Below the pieces are notes generated by a model that did no database searches, was not told where the DNA came from, and was given only the letters and a program-made list of their open reading frames with translations. A DNA stretch of 63,891 bases, counting the filler, from Sphacelaria rigidula (lineage: Eukaryota), in the NCBI GenBank assembly GCA_964200075.2. It is 4 parts of 4 records of this genome, joined end to end, with 100 filler letters (N's around TTAATTAATTAA, not from the genome) between each part and the next. Parts side by side here need not be neighbours in the genome. Positions count along the whole stretch, not along the records: positions 16,005 to 31,905 come from CAXNAA020001555.1; positions 32,006 to 47,903 come from CAXNAA020001556.1; 2 more parts are not named here. One strand, 5' to 3'. Of this stretch, positions 25,855 to 38,369 are shown piece after piece. How positions within the stretch are numbered: the stretch's first letter is position 1; each line of letters starts with the position of its first letter. The position numbers and the translations under genes are program-made.

Positions 25855-26490
25855 CCTGATTTGGGGAAATTGGTGCGAAAATCGCAAAATTCCCGATCTG
25901 AGCTCCCCGATCTGGGCAATATTGGGTTCCATAATAGACAAATCCCGGATCCGAGCCCCCCTGATCTGCGTGCAGATCGAGATTCGTGTCATGAAAACTC
26001 GCCGGAGACCACGCGGCATTATCGTGTACAATGGTGATGGAGTGTACTGCACCGTATTACCCGAAGGTACCACGGTACGACACTGTACTTGCAAGATGAT
26101 TCGGCGCCTGCTTGATTTTTGGCTCCCCTTGTAGGCGATACCACAACCCTATCGGAAATGATTCGTGTACAGAGCTATTTAAATCGAAGCGCGAAACCAT
26201 AAAGGGGTCCCTGCAAATCTGACTTTTGCAAGCATTAGTCACCCGGATTTGGCACAGATTGGAGTCCCTGCAGAATCGGGATTTGTCCCCAAAATAACTC
26301 AATAACCGTATTTCAAAACGTGGTTGATAACACTCTCTGCGAAATCGGCATTTCGCAGGGTGATGTACTGACAACATACACTGAGGGATTGTGCATTAAT
26401 AAGATAACCTGTTTTTGGTACCAATACATGCTACCGCAAAAAAATCTCGATTGCTTACAACTGGCCAAGCTCGCACGTATCCACTGTGTA

Positions 26491-27105
26491 CGGTAGGTGG
26501 CCCGACATAGCGGCATAGTGTCGGGAATAAAAAAAATGCCACTTTTCAGGGTAATACCGCTGTTCCTCAGTAGCAGTATTTTTGCCGCTATTGGGTACGG
26601 TAAGAGCGGTAATTTTGCCGCAATAGAGGAGAATGGCTGTGTGCTGTCTAGTAGCAACAGCTGTTCGTAGAATCTAGTCCCCTGCGCGCTGTTACGGGGT
26701 GGTGTGTGGCCTCGTCGTAGTTGGCATTTCCGAATGATCTACAGCAGTTTTTTTTGTTGTTCTTGTGTTATGCATCCCCATATAGAAACGCTCGGATTTC
26801 TGCCCACCACGCTTACTGAGACGTATGTACACGCTGCTCGCCCAAGCGACACGAGAATTTCTATTGCCACAGCGTACCTTCGTTATGACAAGAACTGAAA
26901 CACAAGCACTTACAACGCGCAGGAGTGAAGTGACACAGTAAAACGACGTGAAAGGGTCCGCTGATTGGGGAATACCGCTATTGCGGGGGCCGAACACCCC
27001 CAAGATGCCGCTATCATGTCGGGTCCAAGCAGTGCCAAGCAATTTTGATGCCGCTAAACCGGACGTAACGCTCTTCAGGACACCGCTATATCGGGCCACC
27101 TACTG
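26491..27105. mobile_element. Tc1/mariner-pogo type MITE
   Basis: TIR cggtaggtggcccgacatagcgg / ccgctatatcgggccacctactg with TA TSD. Confidence 0.8.
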
Positions 27106-27329
27106 TACGCAAAACAACACAATTTTGGTGCAACAATATTGCATGGGTCAGGAACTGGGGAGCACGGGATGTGTGCCGCTGTGCTACCATGACCCTCAGA
27201 CAGCGACCATAGGTTATCTCTTGAACCGGTTTCAATTTATCTTCGATTCAGTGTTCATGGTACACATGAACTACCCTCGCGGTCAAGGGGTTAAGGGATA
27301 TTGCTCGTACCAGAGGGGAGCAACTCGGC

Positions 27330-28860
27330 TATAGCACCGGAAGTGCCGACTTTGAACGTCAGCGGGCGGTATTGTTCCAAGACGAGATCTGACGACAAAA
27401 GCTAGTGCAAACTTCTAAAAGTCAAGCACTATATCTTTGGACTTCATTGCGTTGAAAGGGGAAGTCTTTCCAGGATCACATGGTGTCAGACGGCCTTGCT
27501 CGAATTATCGCAGTAGTAGTGACGATCTTCCAGGACTTCGGACTCGCGGTCTCGGAGACCGAGACAAAGCCTATGCGCTCATGGTCGGTATCAAATTTCA
27601 CAGAGGTCACGCTGCACATCAAGGCGGCCGATCAACGGTATAAGCAGACGGCCAAGTTCATTTGCCATGGTGCTGTAAGCGCAGATGCGAAAATGTCCAT
27701 CGAAATCGATCTCCGCATCAGCGCAGCATGAGCACGTCTCCGAAAATGTAGTTCCCAACTCTACCATCAGCCCAACGCTGAGCTATCCTTGAAAGTCTGG
27801 CTGCTTAAAGCGGAGCCGGTGGAAGCTCTGGTGTACGGATGTGCCACATGGACTTTACGTTTTGAGGTCTCCAATAGTCTGCGCACCGCCCATCATAAGC
27901 TTTTGCTGAGAGTGGTCGGGTTCCGCAGGAAACATCGAAATGGCTTCAAGATTCTTTCGTGCAGAGCGGTGCTGGAGATGACCAACTGCCGACGTATCGA
28001 GACGATTATCCCGCAAACGTCAACCCTGCTTCGCGGCAGCCCTTGTCTGGGAGGAGGAAAACGCCTACCCAAACGCATCATGAACGGACGGTTAACCGCA
28101 CGAGGGCCCATGAAGGCTCGCCGCCCCCCCCAAACGATGGGAGGGAAACATTGAGGAGTACCTACGTGCACTAGGGGTTGTTCCGCACAAAGGAACGCGA
28201 CGAAAATGGTTCGTCTACGGTGTAGAGTTAACGATGCATACGATTGGGTCACTGCGGCGAAGAGCATGGGCGAATGGTGTCTTGGAATCGAAGGAGCGAA
28301 GGAGTTTGACCACACGTGGCGACGCGAACATGAACGAGAATTCGACTGCCGTCACAAACGAGAAGCTTCTGCGTCGAAGGCCGTCAATCAGAGAATCCTG
28401 TCTGCCCCTATCGGTTGTTGATTGTGTCCTTCGTCGGTGATTCTGCGGTGCCCCCTGGTGTGTTTGTACCTGCTCTGCTGTATTGAATATTTTGGGCTTC
28501 ACCACTTCTGTTGTCTCCTCCTCTGCTCTCCCTGTTCTGCTGTCCTGTATCCTTTGGGTTCCACCACTTTTGAAGCCTCCTTCCCTGCTCCCTCTTTTTC
28601 TACCCATCCCTCTTTAGGTATCTGCTCTTTCCTGCCGGTGTATTCCATAGCAGTTTGATGCCTCGCTTCCATAGGGTCCATATATGAGAGGTTTCATACC
28701 CAAAGTAGTGAGGTCGGGGTAGATGAGCGGCAATCGTTTTCCACGGCCTTTTGTCTTTTACGAAGAGGTATGAGGGTGGCATCTACCCAAGACCTTTCCC
28801 ACTGAAGCCATGTGGTAGGCGCCGACCATTTCTAGCTTCTCTTTCTTTGTTTCTGTCGAC
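27330..28860 (+). mobile_element. 5'-truncated degenerate RTE-like LINE (RT C-terminal half plus 3' UTR)
   Basis: FQDFGLAVSETETK..., EIDLRISAA, LKVWLLKAEPVEALVYGCATWTL, RLPKRIMNGRL: RTE ORF C-terminal signatures. Confidence 0.85.
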
Positions 28861-28879
28861 TTTTTCCCCTCTTCTTAAG

Positions 28880-29346
28880 CCGCTCCTTATAGCAGACAAA
28901 AATAATCAGGAAAAGTGCCTTTCGGAGTTTCTGCGTCGTTTTACGCCCCATAAGAGAGCTAGCCGAATTTCGACACCATTGAATGCCTTGCTGTGCTTGT
29001 TGAAACGGTTCCAGCACACCTGTGCGTTTTTCTGGTGGCCGCAGTTTCTTGCCCAACCTTGCAATTGTTTCGGAGACCGCTCATTTTCTCGGAGACCGGT
29101 CAAGTCCAGACAAATCTCGGAAATTTTCAGGCGTGAACGGTTTCAGGGAAAATTGAAAGCTCGGGCAAGAAAATAACCGTAGCCACCGGGGAAACACACA
29201 GGTGTGCTGGAACCGTCTCAACGAGTGCAACAAGGCATTCCAAGCTGTCAAAATCCGCCTAGCCCCTTTTTAGGGCGTGAAACGACGTAAAAGCTCCAGA
29301 AATGCACTTTTTCATATTTTTATTTTGTCTGCTATAGAGAGTGGCC
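28880..29346. mobile_element. Foldback MITE 1 (near-complete palindrome)
   Basis: 28880-29055 is an imperfect reverse complement of 29163-29346 (tatagcagacaaaa / ttttgtctgctata; ggttccagcacacctgtg / cacaggtgtgctggaacc). Confidence 0.85.
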
Positions 29347-29349
29347 TTC

Positions 29350-29813
29350 GACCAACTTGATGGGAGCCGTTCGAAAATCCTGCTGAAAACTGGCTTTTGG
29401 GTCCTTCTTCGTCGATTTACGCCGGTAAAGAGGGCTGGGCGGATGTTGACCCGTTGTAATGACGTGCTATACTCGTTGAGATCGTTCCAGGAAAATTTTG
29501 CGTTTCTCACTGGGCCGCAGTTTTATCTCCGGCCAAACTTGCATTTTCGAACACAAACGGCCAAGTGGTGGGAAAACTGACTGTTTCCCCCGTGTCTTAT
29601 CACTTGACCGTTTGTCTTCGAAAATGCAAGTTTGGCCAAGAATAAAAATGCGGCCAGTAAACGCAAAGTTGCCCTGCGACGATCTTCACGAGCAGAGCAC
29701 GTCAATAGAACGTGTCTACGTCCGCCCAGCCCCCTTTACGGGCGTAAAACGACGGAGAAGGGCCCGAAAACTAGTTTTCACAGGATTTTGAACGGCTCCC
29801 AAAAGAGTTGGTC
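29350..29813. mobile_element. Foldback MITE 2 (near-complete palindrome), abutting MITE 1
   Basis: gaccaact..gggagccgttc / gaacggctccc..agttggtc; ggccaaacttgcattttcgaa / ttcgaaaatgcaagtttggcc. Confidence 0.85.
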
Positions 29814-30289
29814 TTGTTGCACCCTCTTGGTGTGTTGCACTCGTACCTTTTAAGGTTTTCTTTATTTTTTTTTAGCGAGTGTTTCAGTTTTGTTCCTTGT
29901 CTCGGGTACGTCAATCATATGACATATGACCACAGCTGAATGGATCCCTGGGGGATCAGTGAAAGCGCGACAATTAATCGATCAATCAATCAAGCTCGGT
30001 GCCCGCCTCGATTTTGCGCCAAACGTGCACAGGCATTATTGGTGGGACAAGGGGCAAATTGGACGTCAAACCCATCCAGACAGATTCGAAGCTGTAACCA
30101 CGAACGCAATACCATCTTCCAGATAAAAAGTGTCTTACCCATCGTCCACAGAAAAGCTGGTTTCTCTTCTCCCAGCTTTCTCTGAGCTTTTAGAATGATG
30201 ACCTTCTCCGCCCCAAGCTGATTCGCCTCCTCGCGGAGCTGGCGGAGATTCTCCAGCAAATCTTGACCATGTGACTGTCCGAGTTCGCG

Positions 30290-30545
30290 CGGAAAAAAAC
30301 AGAAAATATACACGTTACACGTGCCATAGCGTTACACGTTTCGTTCACGTTACGTTTTGGCCGAAACGTAACGTGAACGTGATTTTTTTTACGTGATAAA
30401 TGCAACGTGAACGTAACGTTAAATTGCCCGAACGTTCAAAATACGTAATACGAGACCTTTCATGTAACGTGTACCGTCTATTACTCATTATACGTGCATT
30501 AGACGTTACACGTTACATGAAACGTCTCATATCACGATACATGAA
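30290..30545. repeat. AT-rich block of dense ACGT(T/G)A / TAACGT motifs
   Basis: Many ACGT-core hexamers in both orientations within ~250 bp. Confidence 0.7.
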
Positions 30546-32269
30546 GCGGTGACACTTGAAGTTCGCGATGAATTTTCAAATCCTAAAAGATTGTGCTTCA
30601 CAGTGTTTTTCCTTTTCAATGTAAGGGAGGCGATGTATGACGGTGAGGTGTACGTTCTACTAGTTGAAGTCATACTCCGCAGTTTCAATTATCTCGAGCT
30701 CTGGGAGGAGGGTTGGGCACTGTTAACTTCAACAACTCGCATCACGGGAAACGCCGCACACGGGAGAAAGCTGCATGACGCATGAGATTCGGTACAGCAC
30801 ATGTCGCAAACGGTTTTTGCTGAAAAGATTTCTGTATCCGCTAGAACAGGGCGAGTTGGTGCAGGGTTCTCTAGATACGGGTCCCACTCCGTGCGCATCG
30901 GTCTCGAAACACACATCCTTGTCTTTTGTACATGAAATATGCTGTTTGCTGCTAAATCTGTGTTCGACACTGCGTACCAGCCGCGGCGTTACGCCTTCGG
31001 TGGTACTACCTACTAAAAAGACAATACCATAGCTACCTTGCCGGCTACCAGACTGTCAGGATCTTGTATCCGCTAGCATTGCTACTGCCTGTACGGGGAT
31101 GTTGCCGACTTGTCGGGTACGTGGGGCAGGGTCCATAGTAGAACGCAGCGGTCGCATGAGATAGGCTTAACCTTGATGTGTCGAGCTTTTCGGACCGGCA
31201 AACGTTCAGCCTAGACTCTCACATATATGGTAGGGCCTAGATGCTGGTTTTTTTTTCTGGTTTTCTGCGAGCGTTCATCCCAAACTGGGCGAAGATCTGA
31301 TTGCCTGGACCGCGTTGTGAACCTGTCATGCACATGTGCAAAAACACGTACGCCTGCCTTTGCCGCCCGTGATGGACTATCTTGTTAATCCATTTCGTAG
31401 GATTTCGAAGAAATCTGAGGTTTCTGTCGGCGGATGACGACTTATAGGACCAGGATCTCGTAGTGGCAGATGACGACACAACAGGTTGGTAGGGGTTACT
31501 GTGAGAGAACAAAAATGCACACCCCTCACCCTCGCTCAGTCATGTTCAGTTCCCAAGCCCAAAAAGCACTCCGCGCTCGTCAATACTGAGCAAGGCAACG
31601 AGCAGTCACGGGCGCAAGACAGTCAAGTACAGTATAAGTGGTGGTTCTCGAACGTGTTCGAATCAATATGCCCGCCCGCCGCCCTGCTACTCGAGAGAGG
31701 GTGAAACAAGGGTAGAACGGTTGTCTCTCCTTTTTTTTTTTCGTTTGGTTTGGTTTTCTTCATTTTCGTTTTGGTGGGGTGGTTGGAGTTTTGTTCGGTC
31801 TCCATCTGTGTTTTTTTTCTTTGCGTCCGCTCTGAAAAGTCCACCCCCCCCGCCCTGTTTCCCGGGGGTGGGGGGTGTACTCATGACCATGCATGCCATA
31901 GTCATNNNNNNNNNNNNNNNNNNNNNNNNNNNNNNNNNNNNNNNNNNNNTTAATTAATTAANNNNNNNNNNNNNNNNNNNNNNNNNNNNNNNNNNNNNNN
32001 NNNNNGTGTGGGGAAAGCACTGTTTTAGGCTTGAGCCTCATCTCGAAGTTAAACCTCAATTCTCACAATTTGTTGTTAATGGCAGTTCTGGTGTCACCCT
32101 TTCCGATGAGCCTCAACTCTTAGAAGTTTCGCTTGTTCGCCGCAACGGCATGCCTGCCCTCACCGGCCACGACCTTGCGGAATTACTGCCTAAAGTTGGT
32201 GCGCCCGCTGGCACTGAGCATTTTGTCTCGGACGGCGAATAACTCGTACCTCTCACAGGCCATGCTAAT

Positions 32270-33544
32270 TTGGAACCTGGCGATGTCTTGGGCATCGCCG
32301 CGGATCCTCTTATACACATTCCTCTCGAAACCTGTGTAGCCGACCCTCCGGCGCCTGATCTCACGCCGCCGACTGATGGTTTTGTTCACTCCGTTGATGA
32401 GTCATACTTCAATCTATCCGCCTCACCCCCGACTTGGATTTCTGTGGTGGAATCAGACCGACCTCCTGCTAAACCTCCTGATGAAGTGCTTCAACGCTTA
32501 TCGGTCGAGTCTCGGGAACATTCCCTGCAAATGTGGAACCAACTTCCACTCCATTTGCGTAATATCCATTTTGACCTACATGGTCCGGGCTGGGAGCCCG
32601 CCGTCATCCAAGAGCTACAAGATGTTTTCATGGAATATCAGGACAGGTTTTCCCGATCCAAGACGAATCTCGGGCATTGTACAACATTGCCATTCGAGAT
32701 AACACTGCAACCCGGCATTTCGCCAATCTCGTCTCGACCATATCGAACGAATCCCCTCCTCACCGAAAAAGTCAATCCCATTTTGGATGCATACGTAGGA
32801 GCTGGTCTGATTCAACACTCGTTTTCGCCATGGGCATCACCCCTCGTGGTTGTCCCCAAAAAGTATGGCAACATACGCATCACCGTGAACTATAAACGGC
32901 TGAACCGCGTCACTGTCGTGGGAAAACTCCCCATATCTCGCATCGACGAAGTCTTCGACTCTCTCGGCGAAGGGAAAATATTCAGCACTTTCGATCTGGC
33001 CTCTGGATTTTCCCAAAATGCCATTCATCCCGATACCGTTCCCTTGACAGTGTTCTGTACATCTTCAGGGCTTTATGAATGGCTTCGTATGCCACAAGGC
33101 GCTGCCACCGCACCTGGCTGCTTTCAACGCCTCATGCAACGCGTTACTGACGATCTCGACGATGTTAGCATGTATCTAGACGATGCTATCGCTTTTGATG
33201 CCTCCCCCAAGGCGCATGTTCGCACTCTACGAGAATTCCTCTCCGGCTCGCGTACACATGACTTGAAATTGTCTCCATCCAAAGGTCGACTCGGAGCCAC
33301 TGAATTTGATTTTTTAGGACACCCTATCTCTCCTGCTGGATTGCACCCAGACACGAACAAAGTCAAGGCTATGACTGATATGCCCATGTCCACCAATATT
33401 TCGCAGCTTCGCTCGCCGTTGGGCGGACTTTCATATTATTGCACTATTTTGCCAAATTTGTCCAAGCGGATCCGGTCCATCACAGATTTATTGAAGAAAA
33501 ACGTCCCGTTTGTCTTCACTAAAGACATGGAAGCCACCGTCCGG
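32270..33544 (+). pseudogene. pol: Gypsy copy 1 reverse transcriptase
   Basis: ORF 32270..33559 with YLDD; cut by the insertion at 33545. Confidence 0.9.
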
Positions 33545-33763
33545 CACTTTCTACGATAGCCCCGCCCCCCAAAGCAGCTAAAAGTATCACGAAAAAATGG
33601 CGATACAGCGCCTGATGTTCGGGNNNNNNNNATTGGCTAGGACCAACCCAAGCGTGGGAATTCCCAGCTTCTCGTTGTGCTCGCTTTTTCCCATTTCGAT
33701 TTACGTCAAAATTTTGCCACCCAAAACCATGCACTTTTTGGAGGGGGGCTATCGTAGAAAGTG
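33545..33763. mobile_element. DNA-transposon/MITE insertion in gypsy 1 pol (contains an N-gap, true length unknown)
   Basis: 19-bp TIR cactttctacgatagcccc / ggggctatcgtagaaagtg; duplicated target core cgtccg; removal restores ATVRELLKT. Confidence 0.85.
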
Positions 33764-34958
33764 TCGTCCGTGAACTGCTCAAAACACTGACCGGAAAACC
33801 GGTTCTTTGTTTCCGGACTGGGATGCGGTACAAGACGGCTCACGCCTTTTGCAACTACACACCGATGCTAGCACAAATGGGTTCGGCGCCGATTTGAATC
33901 AGCCTCAATTGGATGGCTCTTTCCGACCTATTTTGTACATCAGCCGTGCAACCCTCCCAAACGAGACAAACTGGAGTCCACTCGAACTCGAAGGCGGAGT
34001 CATAACTTGGGCTATTAAAAGGCTTCGACAGTACTTTTCCACGTGCCTCTCCACATCTATACAGATCACGGAGCTCTTGAACAACTCGCCAAGGTTGGAG
34101 AACACAACCCCCGCGTACAACGATGGCTGGAGTTCTTGACGTGCCTACCAGTACACTGTTGAACACCGTCCGGGCAAATCTAACGGCAACGCTGACCTTC
34201 TTTCGCGATTGCCTCTGCCCCCTGCAGCGGTAGATTTCAGTCCCGCTTGCCGCTTGACCGAACCTGACGAACCAGGCGTCTACCCCATTCGGCGTTTTTT
34301 CACGCCCATCTACGCGCTTGACCTGCAATGCCCTGAAACAGGTCTGCACATGAGGGGGGCCCGCCCTCTGCCTCCTGATACAGTTTTGGATGGCTTAGCG
34401 CCCACAGCTGCTGATTTTGCCGACTTCCGCACTTCCGGCCCTCGCGGGAACATCTCGGCGCCGCCACCACCAACTGTTCACCTCATCTCTGACAACACGC
34501 GCTCTCGGTCGGCAGCTCGTGCAAGTTCTTCGCGTGCTGTGATGCCATCACCGCCGCCGGCCGCTTCTAGCAATGCGTCGCCGCCGCCGCCTCGTGCCCC
34601 CACGGGCCGTACCACGCCTACAAAAACCGGCCACATGCTCAGTGTTGTACCAACACCGCCCGCGCCCCTTCTGCGCCCAACACGCCGATCGCGTTCACCA
34701 GTTAGCGCTACCCCCACGCCGCCTTCTGGGAATCTCCCAGCACCTGCGCCACTGACTCGCGATACACATGCGTCAGATCCGCTCCCGGATCAAGCTGTTA
34801 ACGTCGGCACCCCTGCCTCTTCACCTGTGCCACCCCCTCCTGAGCCACCATGTTTGGTTGGTTCTCCGGCTGGAGGACAACTTCGAGTTTTTTTCGCGAG
34901 CTACTCTCACCGCGATTGAGCTCGCGACCAACAACAGGAACCGCTCTGTCGTGCGACA

Positions 34959-37095
34959 GTGCGGTACTTACGGCTTAAGTGCTCCACCCCTTTCCCGGCG
35001 GAGATTCTGACTCCCGTGTGCACTCTATCCGCCCCCACCGCCTCTGATGTGCTCGAGCTGGCACGCAAAGGTACTATCTTCACGACTGACGACGACGTTC
35101 ATTTGCTTGTTCGCCGACTCCACTCACATTTGAGCACAGTTGCCGCAGTAACAACTGCCACTTCGGCACATATGCGTCATGACGCCCCTATCCGCATCTA
35201 CGTCCCTATCATGATGCGTCCGTGGGTCATGAAAGGCTGTCACTCTGATTTGTCCTGCTACTTAGGCGTCACGCGCACATTAGCGCTCCTTGGACGTTTT
35301 CATTGTTGGATCGGCATGGAAGCATCCACGCGTTTTTGGATCCAACGATGTTTCAAATGTCAGGCTCGCAAAACCTCTCGACAGACTGTACGACAGCCGA
35401 TGATTTCCACGGAGCTTCCAAACGCTCCTGGTCACTTCGTATCATTTGACTACTTCGGCCCTTTCCCCCCAACTGACCGTGGTAATACCTACATTCTACG
35501 TTTCACAGACCGCTTCAGCCGTCACGCGGCCATGTATGCTATTACTGCTAGCGATTTCACTGCTGCCGGCACAGCGGACATTCTCGTCCATGGCTACATT
35601 AAGCACTATGACTGCCCGAAACGGTTCCTCTCCGACAATGGTCAACAATTTTGCTCCGAACTCTCGGATGCTTTGTACAAGCTCCCCGGCATTCGCAAGA
35701 TTGCCACGAGCGCTTACCACCCTAACGGTAAGGGTGGAACTGAACATGTGAAGCACACGATGGTTCAAATGCTATTCATGGTCTTAAACGACCGACAAAG
35801 TGACTGGGACCTTCATCTTTCGCATGCCATGCTGCCTTACAACAATTCGGTTAATGCGGCTACGGGCCTCTCGCCCAACGAGCTGCATCTTGGGCGCTAC
35901 CCTCGTCTGCCCATCACCGTTTTCGACAGACATACCTTCGATGGTCACCAAGGTCTGGAACAGGATCAGATGTCCTACCACGACCTCGCCAGGGCTCGTC
36001 AGCGCAAGGTTTTCACTTTGCTTCGCGAACAACACGCTATTATCGCCTCACGCCTTGAAAGATCCAATATCGCCCTCTACAACTTGATGCATAAACGCCC
36101 TACTTGGAAGATCGGCGATTGGGTCTGGATCTACAACAGTTTGTCCACCATCCGTCAAGGCGCTGACCGTACTGCCCAGGCAACAGCTTGAAGACGAAAC
36201 TGTCTCTCAGTTGGACGGGTCCGTTCAAGATTCTCATAGTAGGACCCTCGCCGACATCTCCTGACGGCAAGCCCGTTGGCGACAAACTCCTCTACCTCGA
36301 TTTACCTCGTGACCTCCAGGGGCACGACGCTCAATCTCGCATCTCTGTGCATCGTTACAAGCCCTGCACGAACCTGTGTGACACTACGGACATGCCTCAA
36401 CACCTGCCTGCAGGTCTCACCCAATACGTGCTCGACAGCTACTCCACCAAATGTCCACCGTACCACGTTACCACCGACGACGTGACTGAACAACCTCTCC
36501 GCTTGGCCGTGTTCCACATGTCCGGCCACCAAATCACTCGAGATCCTGGCGGCAAAATTGCTGTCATGTACAAGACACACTGGCAGGGTCTTCGGCGTGC
36601 GTCTTGGGAACGCGAGTCCGACCTTCAACTGCACCGTCGTGCTATCCTTCTTTATTGGACACAATCCCCACAGCAACAGCTCGATGACAACGAGGGATAT
36701 CGCAACATGAGACGCGGTGCTGCAATCCGCGAACTCCACCGCGACAAAGGACTACGTTTTGTAGCCGATGGTTACGAACTCGTACCCACCAAACAATGGG
36801 ACGAAAAGATTCGCGCAAAACAACCATCGCTCCCTAAAGGTGCCTACTTGTGGTATAAGGGGAGCGATTACGTCTGGTGGCTAGGTCAGATCCACTCCGT
36901 CGATGCCCCAGCAGCCGACACGTACATCGTGCGTTTCCTCGACGATCTTGGGCCCGTTCAGCTCAAGCTTCACCCCGAGTTTTACACGACCAGTCCCTCC
37001 GCACCCCGCGGCTCCTGGTGCCTACAGCGCTTCAAGTCACACCGCCTACGCCGAGGTCTTCAGCGCAACATCGATCGAACACATGACATCAATGC
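34959..37095 (+). pseudogene. Gypsy copy 1 integrase with GPY/F motif, chromodomain (~36500-36660) and Tudor-like domain (~36830-37030)
   Basis: ORFs 34959..36191 and 36188..37378 joined by a frameshift; YKTHWQGLRRASWERESDL and GAYLWYKGSDYVWWLGQI...YIVRFLDDLG. Confidence 0.85.
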
Positions 37096-37706
37096 GCCAT
37101 CTTGGGTCCTATCTCTTCGCACTCGCTTTATCGCGATTTTTATCTCCCATCCCAGTTCGGTTCCGGTACTTCCCTTGTTCCCACTCAGGTACGCTCTCCT
37201 CTTCACTGCTTCCGCCTACGATGGCTCTCCTATCGCCACTCGTCTCTACCCTCATCAGCTCCTTCGCAACTTCCTGTGGACCCCCTTCACCCCCTTCCAT
37301 TGGCTCTACGCTGCCGCTACCTTGTCTGGCTGGCACTTGACCCTATTCGGGCCCTTGAGTGTTTGGTTTCCTGCTTGAGATTACCACTGTGGCCTTTGCG
37401 AGGTTTTCCTTTGCTTTTTATCTAGCTAGCGCGTCAAAGCATTGTGTGTTCTTCCCGTCTGTTCGCTAGCTCGCAGCAGCATTGTGCGCTACTGCGCAGT
37501 CAACCGCAATTGCGTAATTGCGCTTTTTGAAGCACCTTTGGTTTTTGTTGTTTAAGGTGTGGGAGGATCGGGCACCGGGCTGGTCCTTGCCCTCTTGTTT
37601 TTTTTCGCGCTGTCTCCTCATGACTTGATGGGTGAGACAAGCCTCAATTTTAGTTGCTCTTGAGACGTCATCGCAACTCAAATAGAGGTTCGTCTGGGTG
37701 GGTGGG

Positions 37707-38369
37707 TGTCATGAGGAAGAAGGATAGAGAGGCGTTATTTGTTCCCACAGACAACTTTGGGGCAGGTTGGCTCACAGATCATTCGATCCATCCATGGGAA
37801 TGCTCCCATAGTTCTGGGGAAGGTTGATATACAGACTACGTTCTGGGGAAGGGTGGTGTACAGACTGGTGTACCCCAGCTGGGGAAGGTTAGTGTGCAGG
37901 CTGACATACCCTGGACCCGAGGAGGCAAAACGCCTTCTCGGGCCGAGGTCGGATAGAATGCGTTCCATGCCCTCTCGCCCACTCTTGGGCTGCCCTTCGA
38001 CCCGGACATCTGCTTCTACTGTTTACCTTTGGTGAGAACAGTGGGCTAGGCGAGCAAAGGAATATTAAGTGAGAGTTACGAAACATCAAGCCTTCGAGCT
38101 CCTTCTGTCAGTTTGCTACTGTAAACTAACAGTCGCGTGAATCTGTGTGTGAGACACATATCCGCAGCTTGTTCCACTCGGACATATTGCACCTTGTGTT
38201 GCAGTATGTTGACCTATCAAGGAAGGTGTGTGGAGTTCTGTCCATACCTCTCCTCATTACATCACGCAGCCAGCGCGAGCTCCAGGTTGCAGCATGGACG
38301 CACCCCTCTGCACCACGCTTGCAGCGGTTAGATCACTACCATAGGTATCTTTTTTCATTCCTCATGTCA
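37707..38369 (+). repeat. 3' LTR of gypsy copy 1 (663 bp)
   Basis: Follows G-rich PPT gggtgggtggg; termini tgtcatgaggaa ... ttcctcatgtca (11/12 inverted match). Confidence 0.75.

Larger units (their letters stand above)
32080..38369 (+). mobile_element. Ty3/gypsy (chromovirus-like) LTR retrotransposon copy 1, 3' part: RT-RNaseH-INT-chromo-Tudor-like-PPT-3' LTR
   Basis: RT (SPWASPLVVVPKK, MPQG, YLDD); RH (LHTDAS, ADFLSRL); INT (HSDLSC..CFKCQ, FDYFGP, LSDNGQQF, WTGPFKI); frameshifts present. Confidence 0.95.

Noticed and set aside
30620-31511. Possible solo LTR weakly related to 9658-10301, or the 5' LTR of gypsy 1
   Set aside because: No TSD or convincing termini found, and no similarity to LTR 37707-38369
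37095-37378. Hydrophobic extension of the integrase ORF as a possible env or transmembrane segment
   Set aside because: C/T-rich UTR-like sequence, most simply read-through after loss of a stop (TGG at ~37102); no env features
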